A DNA stretch of 64,000 bases, taken from the NCBI RefSeq assembly GCF_048593235.1, contig NC_133622.1, forward strand, positions 196,509,198-196,573,197, in the 5' to 3' direction. This document shows, one piece after another, positions 49,711-62,367 of this stretch. Numbering within the stretch: the stretch's first letter is position 1; each line of letters opens with the position of its first letter. The DNA comes from Sminthopsis crassicaudata (Eukaryota). The notes beneath the pieces are model-generated. The model did no database searches, was not told the DNA's origin, and saw nothing but the letters and a program-made list of their open reading frames with translations. The position numbers and the translations under genes were made by a program.

Positions 49711-50839
49711 CTTTACTCTCCCTGACCAGTCATCAAATGCTATAAATTTCACTTCCATGATTCCTCTCATGTTATATTGAATAGAGGTCTGAGCCTGCAG
49801 TCAAAGAGAACTAAATTTAAATCCACTCTCAGGCATTTACTAGATGCATACTCCTAGATAAGTCACTTAATCTTTATCTATTTTAGTTTTCTTCACAGTA
49901 GGATGTGAATAACATACCCAACTCCCAAGAATGTTGTGAGGATAAAAAGGAATATTATTTCTAAAGCACTTATCACAGGGGTACACAGTAGATGCTTAAT
50001 AAATGTTTTTCTTTCTTTTATTAATATCTGTCTTTCACTAAAAGCCATCACTTTTGCTCGTCTTCACTACCTTTTGACTAGACTATTGTCCATCCTTCTG
50101 ATGAGTCTACAATCCATTCTTCACTGCCCAAATTATCTTTTGAAAGCACAGATCCATCTGCATCGTTTCTGAGCATAAAAATTTGCAGTAGTGGCTCTGT
50201 GGTAGGTTTGGAGCCGGCCCTGCTGCAACTCTGATAGAAAACTGATTGCTAACATAGAGAGTACCCTGAGGGCCATGGGCATAGTAAGAATTTGATTAAA
50301 TGGGAACAGGAAAAACAAGGTTGTAAAATAAAGGAAGGGAGAAAGAATTTGAAAAAAATAAAGACTATAAAATGTAAAGGAGACATGCTTCAAGTTAGAG
50401 ACCCTGTTTTGACAATTATCCAAGCAACTCTTAAGACTGATGACCTGACCGATGCAGCCTCTAGCATTTTAGAATCAAGGTAAATAAGCAGAGTCATTGT
50501 TTCTCTGACCTAGTAAGACTTGTTTCTTACTGGCTGCTGCTATTGGCACAAAGAAGAGTCTCCTTATGGAGGTCAGAGACAGCTATGGAGAATCTCCATA
50601 GCTGACTGCAATTGTTATTGGGTCCAATTTTGCATCTTATGTTCTTGTACTGTGTTTGACAACTGAATCCTGAAACACTAAGTAATCTTGTTTTGACATA
50701 TCCAGATTGCTTGTATTGGATTAGTCATTTTCCTGATATCTGGATTTTAAATGACCATTACCAACTTCTTCACATTGACTTTTGGATTTGCAGAATTTAA
50801 CAAAAATGAGATACTAACCTACCTCTCTAACTTAATTTC

Positions 50840-50985
50840 TTTTTTTTTTTCCTGAGGCAATTGGGGTTAAGTGATTTGCCCAGGGGTCACATAGCTATGA
50901 AGTGTTAAGTGTCTGAGATTGGATCTGAACTCAGGTTCTCCTGACTTCAGGGCTGATGCTCTATCCACTGACCCACCTACCTTCT
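50840..50985 (-). mobile_element. WSINE1-type SINE
   Basis: Poly-T plus antisense body. Perfect 18-bp TSD 'cctctctaacttaatttc' at 50822-50839 and 50986-51003. Confidence 0.93.
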
Positions 50986-51741
50986 CCTCTCTAACTTAAT
51001 TTCAAATTATTTTCTTCCAGATACTCTTGATTTCAGCAAAATTGGATTATTGGCTTTCCTTAATTTCATCTAGCAACTTCCCATCTTCATTCATTTGCAT
51101 AGGTTATCCCATATGCCAATGGATACCTTTGCCTAGTGAATGTTCATCTCAACTCCACCCATTCCAATAAGTCTTGCCTCATCCATTCCTTTTCTCAGCA
51201 ACTTCTTTCTTATATTTCTTCTTATATCTTTTCCAGTTCTCTTGTAGCGCTCCCATCATATTTTTATAATATTCTTATGTGATTGATACTCTGGATTGCA
51301 ACAAGATAAAAATGAGAAACAGATTCATTTATTTAAAGAGATAAAGAATGAAGCTCCAGATTCTATATTCATTTCAAATGCCACCTTCTAATGGAGGCCT
51401 TCCTGTTGTCCCCATTCCCACACTCTCCCACCATCCTTTTAAGATTACATTTTCTCTCTTCTGCATGTGTATTCATTTACTTACATATTGTCCCTTCCAT
51501 TCGAATATAAGCTCATGAGGGCAAAAACTGTTTTGAGATTTTGCTTGTGTTATCTCTAACACATAGTGAGTTAACACTTGATTTGTTATTTTCTTGTTGG
51601 GATATATATCAAGTTTCTTAATAAACAGAAAATAAATCAACATCTGGTGGTTTCTTATAGTTTCTAGCAGCAATTAGTCTCAAAGCAATATAGAATATTT
51701 CTAATATAGTTATACATTGTGATGAAAAAAGAACCACTCAC

Positions 51742-51878
51742 CTGTATATTCAGTATGCAAATAAGGACATATTTAAAGAAAAGGAGTGGAGGCTTGGAGA
51801 AAAAAAAGACTTAACATTGGAAACTTAAGCCAAATATTTGGATTTGGGTTTAAAGCACTGCCTGTGTCACAGAGGAGT
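51742..51878 (-). other. Candidate exon (137 nt non-coding, or 51 nt 51742-51792 in frame)
   Basis: Perfect donor CAG|GTGAGT. Two strong acceptors: 'ttttttcctatcctgttcccctag|' (51878) and 'tcttttttttctccaag|' (51792). Confidence 0.35.
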
Positions 51879-54800
51879 CTAGGGGAACAGGATAGGAAAA
51901 AAAGGGAAAAGAAACATGGTTGCTTTCTCAGCTTCTCAGAGAGGCAGTTCAGTTTATTCACCTTCCCACCAGAGGTATCTCTTCATAGCTTTAAACTGCA
52001 GCCCCAGACAGCCCACAAGGCAGCCTCTTTCCTTCTGATCACCGTTGCTGTCTTCCTGTCTGCTTCGCAGACTCTCAGGAAGGGAAAATACCAGATGCCA
52101 CTTTTGTTCAGCTGCTTAGGCTCTCCAGCTGCTCACAGGAGTTTTAACTGCCATCTCCTCTTCTCCTGGTGTTGTCAGCCACAAATTACATGGGCTTCTC
52201 CAAATCTCACTCTGCTATTTTAAACTACACAATAATTTCATACATCTTTTCTCTGAGCTAAGAAGAGCAAGCTCTTTAAGCTACAAATCCCAACATACTT
52301 AGGTGTCATTCAAAATATTTTCCATGAAAAGCCTTCAGCACTTGCCTAGGCCCATGGGGATTATTATTCTCACCAACCCCAAACTCCACCTATAAGCTCA
52401 CTCTCTACCAATTTATAACTTTTCTCAGACAAGTCAGAACCTTTTAATAATTAATATTTCACAAACAAGCAACAAACATTTACTCTGTGCCTACTGTGTG
52501 TAGGGCAGTGTATTAAGTAAAAGTAAATAAAACAATAGGCTTCTAATGGTCTATTTTTTAAGAAATGAATAATTTATTTCCCTTTATGAACATTTTAAAC
52601 ATATTGGTACCCAAAAATATAACGAAAAATATTTTAAACTAATCCTCAGTCCTATTCTCCCCTTTCAGGGAAAAGTCACTTAAATGGACATTGGTAGGTA
52701 AGGTCAGGGAGCTAGTCTTCTTCCCCTTAGCTCTTCTTTTTTACAATAAGAGTGAATCATGGACCATAAAATTCACATAGTACAGTTACACTGAAGATAT
52801 TGTCTCTTGCTAAGTCCCAATTCTTTTGAGTCTCAAGTTGTCAGTCAGGTTACATATGGTTTTAGACAATAGGGTGAAAGCATCTTAAAATTGTTATTTC
52901 TATATTCCCAATCACTCATAATATTCATTTGGTTATTAGCACTAACAGTAATGTGACAATTCTAAAGGATTCATGATGAAACATGCTATTCATCTCCAGA
53001 AAGAGAACTGATAGATCTGCATATTAAAGAAATTATTTTAATCTTGCTTTATTTTTCTTGCTTTATTTCCCTCAATATGGCCACTGTGGATATGTGTTTT
53101 GCCTGATTTCATATACATAATAGATATTCCATTTAATGCCTTGTCAATGAGGAAGAATGGAATAAGGGAAAGAATTTGGAACAGAAAATTAAAATTCAAA
53201 ATAAAACTTTTTTTAGACTAACAGTGCAAAAATGTAATCTACGTTCAGAGAAACAGAGGACAAGTGGAAACAATATAGTGCAGTCTTACATGAATGCATA
53301 TGAATATGTATGTGTATATAGATATATGCATATGAATATGTGATTATAGATATCTATGTATATGTATATATATGTACAGATATATATGTGTGTATGTATA
53401 TACACTTAATTGTAGCCTTCTTGAAAGTGAGGAGAAGGAAGAGGGTGTTAAAAAAAAGAAGAAGAAATTGCACAGCAGAGATTAAAAAAAAATCTATAAG
53501 GAAGCAAATAAAAGATAGACAGCTATGAACACAATGTATAGTAATTATTATTTACACTTTCTTGAAATGGAACTTTATTGTTTTATGTTTTGAATTCTCT
53601 CATGTTCTGCTATGCACATAACAATATTTTTTTCTTTTCTTATTTTGTATTTAAAATAAATTTTTAAAAAGAAAGAAAAATAGAATGGAAGTTCCTTAGG
53701 GACAGGGCTTATCTCACTTTTGTATTTATAGCTCCAGCATTTACTACAATGCTTGGTTCCTATCAGGAGCTTAATAAATAAACACCTTTCCATCCATTAA
53801 AAGAAAAAAAAAAAAACTAAGAGTGGTGCTATCCCAAGAACATTGGAATGAAATAAAAATTGAGCCCTATTATATATTCTATAGAATAATATATAAATAA
53901 GGTGCATATTATAGCCTCAGTGTGAGCAGCTCTTGGTCCTATAACTCTCTTCACCAAAACAAACCAACCTATGACTTAATGCATAAGTCCCATGGATTTA
54001 TCTGACTCTAGTAGACATTAAATAAATTGCTCAGGATCAGGATGAGAGAATTTAAAACCAAATCTTCCTTTCTCTAAGGCCAAAAGTTCTCCACTATAGT
54101 CTGACAGTTCAGGTCCCTGGAGTCAGGCTCCTCCCCTCAGGGTTTTAGAAATATCCCTGAAAAGGCTATGAGGTATCTTAAAATACTATAGTTTTGAACT
54201 CTCATTCCAGTCTATTTCCCCAATATCATCACCAGTGATTAGTGTTCTAATATCGTGAATTCCAGTGATATTTCTTCAGTCTTGCTGCTAATTTTTGTTG
54301 CTATTGTTCTGTCATTTTAGTCATACTCTACTCTTTGTGACCCCATTCAGAGTTTACTTAGCAGAGATACTGGAGTAAGTTGCCATTTCACCAACTGAAT
54401 TCACTTCAAGTACAGTAGGACCAAAAGAGTAGTTGCTCCCTTGCTTGCAGGACACAGCATCCCAGTTGCTGGATCTATCCCCTGCTGGTCTGATTTAAGC
54501 AGGGCTTACTCCTTTCAAGGTTGCATTTCTAGGCCTTTAGTGGCTCTTCCAATTTTTCAAAGTTTAACAGAGTTCCAGGCTGGTTAGTTAGTTAGTTGGT
54601 TAGTTAGTTAGCTATTTCTATCTCTAATATACATTCACCTAAAAACAAGAAAGCAGCAGCACCACATATCCAGCACCACTCATTGGAGTTTTCAGGGCCC
54701 CTGGGTGGTGAGAATATCTCATTGGCACTGTATGCTCTCCCCCACCAGAGACTTATAGTAATCCTTTCCTCCCTTGCCACCAGGGCAGAGGACAATTGCC

Positions 54801-55124
54801 TTTTTTGAATGGAGTTTTTGATATATGTACTAATTTCTGGTGCACCATCCAATTAAAAGGCTTTTCTTCACACTGAAGTAAGGGAACAAAAACCAGTTTC
54901 AGAATACCAATATCATCGTGCATTTCTAAAATCAGGCTCACCAAGCCCCCTTCGTGGGTTTGCCTTTTGTGGGCACAATGTTCATTTTCTGAGAACTGGG
55001 GTCTCCCACCCTGGCCAGTTCCCTGTTACATTTACATAGTAATAAAAATATATCTTTTCAGCAAAATAGCCAACAACTGCACAAATAAAAACCTGAAAAA
55101 AAAATCTGGCTTGACAGTAGCAAA

Positions 55125-55165
55125 ATAATAAATAATAATAATAATAATAATAATAAATAATGACA
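55125..55165. repeat. (AAT)n microsatellite
   Basis: Read directly. A similar tract lies at ~3670-3702. Confidence 0.9.
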
Positions 55166-56369
55166 AATAAATAAATCGTAATTAAAAAATAAAATAATAG
55201 CACATATCAAAAACAACAGCCTGTGAAATCTTATTTGCATTGATAGAAGTATGATATCCAAAATGAGGACTTAGGTAAACACCAGCTATGCTGAACATTG
55301 TAAGAGAAGATTTTTTTTAATCTTTCTTTTTCCTGCGCCAAACTATATTTGTAGTATGTTCAGTTGAGAGCATCACATTTTAAGAGAGACTGACAAATTG
55401 GAGTGATTCCATACAAAGACAAGTAGACTGGTGAGGAGACTTGAAATTTGCATTTAGGAAATGATTAAAGGAAGAATAAAATGTTCAACCTGCTAAAGAC
55501 AAGATTTGGAGGAACGTGGTTGTTTTATTCAAATATTCAAAGGGCTGTCTCTGTCTCTAGCTCCATGGGTAAAAACGTGTCAAAGAACAGAAAATGTAGG
55601 AAACCCCTCTCCATTCTGTCACTGTGTGAGCTCAGTATATACAAGTGGAGTTGTAGATCCATGGAGATCATCTATTACCAGGCTAGGCATCCCCAGCTTT
55701 CAGTCACACAGATAATTGCCTTGTCTTCCAACCCTTTCCACTCCCACTCCAATCCTCTTGGCAGGAAAATCATGGAAGCAAACAAAAGCACTTCCTCCTC
55801 CTCCGTTTCTGTTGTATAGTCATTGGATGAAACTTTCCCACAAGACCACAGGGAACCTAAGACTGTCTCTTATTGCCAACGTGCAATTCTAGCCTCCAAA
55901 TCTCCATGACAATGGCCCAGAGGCAAGAGAGAGGTCTTACCCAGGTTGCATAAAGAAAACTTTCTAATGTTTAAGGATGTCTGGAAATGGAATGAACCGC
56001 CTTATAAAGCAGGGCTTCATGACTCAAAGTCCAAATTGAGCCGATTTGTTCCTATAACTTTACCCATGACCTCCCCTGGGCAACTACTTAACTCATTCAT
56101 CAAAGAGAATTCCAAACATTTCTTTTTTCTTCTTGGTGTTAGCTAAACCTTCATTTTAATACATATACACAAATAAAACAGATGACCTAGCCTTAAACTT
56201 CAGTGAAGAAACTGAGGCTATTTTCCTCTATTCCTGAAATTTTCTCAGCATCTCCACTCGCTGTGCACTTTTCCCCTCAGGAATAGAGATGCCATTTTTA
56301 AAGCTGACCCCCTTTACTTGAGTCCTTTATTTCATGCCCTCATACTTATAAAACCTTGTTCTGAAAGTC

Positions 56370-56710
56370 TATCTGTTTCTCTGTTCATGTTTCTGTTTCT
56401 ATTCATATTTGTGTGTGTGTGTCTCTCTGCCTTTCTGTCTGTCTGCCTGTCTGTCTATCTATCTCTGTTTCTCTATCTCTCCCTATCTGTTTCTCTGTCT
56501 CTCTCTGCCTATCTCTGTTTCTCTGACTGGCTCTCTTTGTCTGTCTCAAACCCTGTCCCTCTGTCTCACACACTCTCTCTCTTTCTCATACTCTCTCTCT
56601 GTCTGCCTGTCTGTCTCTGTCTATCTCTCTGCCTGTCTGTCTCTCTCTGCCTCATACTCTGTCTCACACAGTCTCTCTGTCTCTCCGTCTTACACACATA
56701 CACACACATG
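56370..56710. repeat. Compound (CT)n/(CTGT)n/(CA)n low-complexity tract
   Basis: Read directly. It accounts for ORFs 56318-56833 and 56409-56726. Confidence 0.95.
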
Positions 56711-56889
56711 TTCGCTCCTCAACTGACTAATGCTCAGGCATCTAAAAAAAAAAAAAAAGAAAAGGAGCGGTTTACCTTGATCACTCTAACCTATCCAGGC
56801 AGGATCTTATCTCTCCTCCCTTTTTCTCCTTGAAAAAAAGTTGTCAACTCATTTCTAAAATATATTTAAAAATTAACTTAAAGGTATAA

Positions 56890-57880
56890 GAATACAAACT
56901 CTCCAACGATAAACAGTCAAAGGATATGAACAGATAATTTTCAGAAGAAGAAACTAAAGCCATTTCCAGTCATATGAAAAAGTTCTCTAAATCACTATTG
57001 GTCAGAGAAGTGCAAATTAAGACATCTCTGAGATACCACTACACACCTGTCAGATTGGCTAAGATGGCAGGAAAAGACAATGAGGAATGTTTGAGGAGAT
57101 GTGGGAAAATTGGGACACTGCTACATTGTTGATGGAGCTGTGAACATATCCAATCATTGTAGAGAGCAATATGGAATCATGTCCAAAAGGTTATCAAATT
57201 GTGCATATCTTTTGATCCAGCAGTATTTCTACCAAGTCTGTAACTCAAAGAGATCATAAAAAAGGGAAAATACCTCACATGTGCAAAAATGTTTATAGTG
57301 GCCCTTTTTGTAGTGGCAAGGAACTTGAACCTAAGTGGAAAGAGAAACATCAGTTAAAGAATGGCTAAATAAGTTAGGGTATATGAATGTTATAGAATAT
57401 TATTGTTCTATAAGAAATTATCAGTAGGGTGATTTCAATGAAGCCTTCAAGAGACTTACATGAACTGATGATAAGTAAGTAGAACCCAAAACACTGATTT
57501 GATGGACATGGCTCTTTTCAACAGGGAGGTGATTCAGGCCAGTTCCATGGTCTTGTAATGGAGAGGACCATTTCTACCTAGAGAGAGGACTGTGGGAACT
57601 AAGTGGAGATCACAACATAGTACTTTCACTTTTTTGTGGTAGTTTGCTTGCATTTTGTTTTCTTTCCCTTTTTTTTTTCCTTTTTGATCTGTTCTTATGC
57701 AGCATGATAATTGTGGAAATATGTATAGAAGAATTGCACCTGCTTAACAAATATTGGATTGCTTGCTGGCTGGAAGGGAGAGGAAGGAGAGGAAAATTTG
57801 GAATGCACAGTTTTACAAAGGTGAATGTTGAAATTCGTCTATGCATATGTTTTGAAAATAAAAAAATTTTAATAAAAAAG
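56890..57880 (+). mobile_element. L1 LINE 3' portion
   Basis: 'gataaacagtcaaaggatatgaacag', 'cagattggctaagatggcaggaaaag', 3'UTR and A-tail. Confidence 0.92.
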
Positions 57881-58099
57881 TTGCCTACACTCAATTTGTT
57901 TACATTTAATAAACCCTTTTCTGAACCCCTTAGAATGAATTATTAACCCAAATTACTGGATTTAGAATCGAAAGACCTGAATTCAAATCCCAGCTCTCCT
58001 CTATTTACTACCTAAGTGACCTTGAAGAAATTATTTAATCTCTCTACTTTCAGTCTCTTCTTCTGAAAATGAGTTGAACAAGACAATCTTTCAGCTCTT

Positions 58100-58920
58100 A
58101 GTTTGTGATACTTTGAGAAACTTAACTGGAACTGCTCTCTCAGAGATCATAAATAATTCCTCTAATTAACAAATCCAAAGGCTTTCTTTTAGACCTCATC
58201 AACCCCAACTCTCTGGTTTTTAGAAAGTATTGGCAACCCCTTTCTACCATAATGTATTGTCTCTTAGTTTGAAATGAATATATGCTTACATTTTCTTATA
58301 TGTTTGACATTCTCTTTCAAGTTCTTTAATATGGATTTGACTCTTTGACCCTCTTCTCCTCTTTCTCAATGCTCTCACCTTCAGCAATTCCATTCCCTCC
58401 TTCCATTGCTTCAACTCCCACTGTTCAGATACCTCTTAAATCTACCGGTCTAGTCCTGGCCTCTTTTTTTTCATCTGCCTAAGCATTATATAATGACAAG
58501 AGCACTTGAATCAGCAATCAGGAGACAGGTTAGAATTGGGTCTCTTGAATTTATTTAGGTATGTGGCAATCAGCCAGTCAGTTAACTTTCCTAAACCTAT
58601 TTCCTCATCTGTAAACTAGGGATAATAATGCCTGAATCATCTGTCTCTTAGGATTATGAGAAAAGCATTTTATAAATCTCAAAATGCTTTATAAATGTGA
58701 GCTTTTATTATTAGAGAGCATCTCTACCTGAAAATCCCATAGGCACCTACCTCAACACATCCCTAAGCAGGCTCATTGTCTTTCTGCCTGTCTGCTCTTT
58801 CTTTTGAATTCACTATTTCTGCTTTTACTGCCACCAGTCATCTGATCTACCCTATTCATAACCTTGAAATTATTTTTGACTTTTACTTCTCCTCAGGCCT
58901 CATATCCAATCAGTTACCAA
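58100..58920 (+). mobile_element. L2 fragments interrupted by a MIR (58490-58700)
   Basis: 'aacaaatccaaaggctttctttagacctcatc', 'gaaattatttttgacttttacttctcc'. MIR core 'cctatttcctcatctgtaaactagggataataatg'. Confidence 0.6.
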
Positions 58921-61900
58921 AGCCTGGTGAGGAAGGGCTAGAAGTTGAATTTCTACCTGAGATTTCAATGACAACAGCTGAAAGCAGCTTCTGTGTGCAT
59001 AGGTTTTGGCAGGAATCTACTAATTTGGGATCAAAGGCAGCTGAACAAACTAGCATCCTGTTGTGAGGAAAGGTGGGAAGCCCCCTATAAATAAAACTAA
59101 ACCTTGTTCAGGAGCCCCCAGCAGAGCAAATAAGCACTGTACTATGGCAGTTTGCCACTAAAATTACTGTCACAAACTTGCCTGATTAACTATAAAGAAG
59201 TGAGCATGATGTTTGGTATCTTCAGCCCACCAATAGAGGATGTGTATAAGGAGTCTGCCTAATCAATCTTTGACAATACTTGTGTTCCAAAAGGGACTAA
59301 AACACAAATGATGCTTGTTTTCTGAGAGGAGATGTAAAAAGAATAGTCAAAAGTTGCTGCAAGACATATTTTAGTTTAAAAACATGCTAATGATTACAAT
59401 TTCTCAAAAGTGGATGGATTGTAGATTCTACCACAGTGGAGGTGTTCAATAGAAAATTGGATTGAGGGTTGGGGAACATATTTACTGCCTAAGAGATTAG
59501 GTTGGTTCTATATAGCTCCAGGAGTCAGAACCAAAAACAATAAGTGGGAAAAAAGAAAATCTAAACTAGATACAAAAGAAAACCTCCTAACAATCACATT
59601 TATCCAAAAATGAAAGAAATAATGAGTTCCCTTTTATGGGAGATCGTCAAGTAAAAATTAGAGGACCACTTATCTAGTGCATTTAATGGAGATTTGGAAT
59701 GGACTAGATGGCTACAGAGGTCCCTTGAAACACCAAAAATTGGTGATTCTGCCATATTGCTGAAGGGATTCCATTTCAGAAGTAAAACTGAATGGCTGTT
59801 GAGATTCTCTCCAACTTGAAAGATTTGGTAATTCTTTGAAATAACCAACACTTCAGTGAGTTTGGGATAAGGTAGGTAATTAATAGTAACTAGGGGTTTC
59901 AGTGCTATTCCATGAAACCTATATTGACTCTCCTAGTTGATCTCATTGTCCCATCTCAACAGTACTCATGGAAAAAATCCCTTTCCCCGAAGGTCTGGAA
60001 AGTTATCACATCAGAACTATGAGTAGATGAGTCAGGAGTGCTGAATTTAAGTTCTGGCTCTACTGTGATCTTGGGCAATCAATTCAATTTGTTTATTTAC
60101 CCTCATTGCCTTCATTTATGAAACTGCCATCTCTAAGATCCTGTCTAGCTCTAGCGTTTAGTGTCTCTTTAAAAAGTGAAATGAGCCCAGGCAGGTGAAT
60201 TGAATTTTGCCTCCCCAATGAAAAACAAAGACAGACCATAGATTGAAACTCCCTTGGAAAAAAAGAAACTTTTAAATTTAAAAATCAGAACAATTCCTCA
60301 ACAAAAGGCTACAGAAGAATTCGCTGTGACCAGAACTACAGAATTCGGGTGTTAAATATGTGTTTAGAGACTTTAGAATACTTGCTGACACAGCTCCAGC
60401 AGCAGAAATAAAAAGCAAAAAGATATTTCCTTTGGATACAATTATTGTCTCTGCTTCATTTGTTTTTCAGCAGGTAATTAAGCAAGAGCAAAAGACAATG
60501 ATGTCCCCCGGACCCTCAAAGGACAAGCAATATGATCAAGCCTTTGGCATTTGCTAAAAATGCTAGAGTATGGAAAATTATTCCTAATGTCGAGAGCATT
60601 TATAGCTTTGTGGTGTGCTTCCTTGCAGCTTCACAGACTCCTCCTGCTTCCAAAGAGAGCACTTTATCTTTGTCCAAGCTCAGTCTCTGTTCAGGGACAA
60701 GAAAAACTCTCATCTACCACATGATTATCCAACCTCAGTCCCTTCTGGATCCATATAGGGAAGGGAAATAGAACTTTTGTTCCAACAAATTCAGCACTGA
60801 GCAAACTCAATGTCTTGCTATATCCACACCTCAAATTATCAGTCAACCAAGTAATCATACAATGAGTATGGACCAAGTGGGCAACTATTGAGTACCTACC
60901 ACTCTCTACTACTTTAATATAATATTCTAGATATTTACCATATTATATATTTATAGATACTAATACTCCTACAATGATTCTCAAAGAAAATCCTGAGCGT
61001 CTCTAAAACCCTTTCAGAGAGTCTATAAATTCAAAATTAATTTGGTAAATATCTATAATATGATATAATATATTTTACTGTTACATAAGAATATAACATA
61101 TAATATGATAAATATCTACAAATATAACGCACATAAAAACTCTTTGGACAGATCCTCAATCATTTTTAATAGCATAAAGATACTGACATCAAAAGTTTGA
61201 GAGCTCTATTAGGTACCTGGATAGATACAGAAGAAGGACCAGAAAAATGTTGGAATATAACATGTATTTCATAAATTACATGAAACAGGCAATGGGTAAA
61301 AACTGCCATTGGCTCTAGGCTAGAGCTGATACAGGGAAACTCTAGCTGAAGAATTCCATTTATCAGTGCAGGTTGACACTTTTGTAACTCATAGTCTTAG
61401 AAAGTACTTAGTAAATGTCATTAAAAAGAAATCTACATTCTATGTAACACAGTTGAGTTCTCTACACTCAAAGAGATTACAATCCTCCAGGGAGACAAGA
61501 CTGATATACATGAAACAAATTAGAGAGCAATGAAGCATTAAGCACCAACTTGGAATGCACTAGATGCCCAGGCAATGAACAAGTCTTGCCTTCTCGACAA
61601 ACTCATTTCTCAAAAGGTAGAAGAAACAAAAGGAATGCAATTTCAGCAACTAAGTGAACAACCGGGAAGAATTGATGAGTGAAACCGCAAGAACTTTAAT
61701 AAGAAATAATAATGTCATCACATTACAGTTTATATAATAGACAAGGAAGGGAATGGGAAGAATAGACAGATGTAAGCCACAAATTTTGGGAAATCAAGCT
61801 TCCAAAAACTCAAGGATATAACCAGGAACCTGTGTTTTAGGAGTTAAGAGACTATATGTGAACCAATTGTCAATAAAATCATGCATGAATACAGTGAAAA

Positions 61901-62173
61901 AGGAAAGGGGAAAGTGCATCTCAAAAGCCATGTGGGAGCAGAGGGAGTTCTCTGATGGATTGAAGTTTTAACAAGATATGTTTAAAAAAACAACTGGAAC
62001 CATCCCATTAAGACTCTAACATTTCAGTATATGAAGAGATACATTAAAAAGTTGCTGTGACACTGAGAAAAATGTCAAGGTGCAACAAAATAAAGAGGAA
62101 ATCCATGCTAAAAGTGACTTAATTTTTTAAATGTTTAGGAATCACTTTTCAAGATATTTAAAAGGAAGATTTC

Positions 62174-62329
62174 TTTTTTTTAATAGTTTTTATTTACCAA
62201 ATATATGCATGGGTAATTTTACAACATTGACAATTGCCAAACCTTTTGTTCTAATTTTTCCCCTCCTTTCCCCCCCCCAAGATGGCAGGTCGACCAATAC
62301 ATGTTAAATATGTTAAAGTATAAATTAAA

Positions 62330-62367
<38 letters not shown>

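Noticed and set aside
55936-55982. Minus-strand acceptor/donor pair (ttccag| ... TGG|GTAAGA)
   Set aside because: Falls in a CR1 3'-end remnant, so the signals are probably incidental.
56318-56833. 171-aa and 105-aa Leu/Ser/Cys-rich ORFs that look like membrane proteins
   Set aside because: They are translations of a CT microsatellite.
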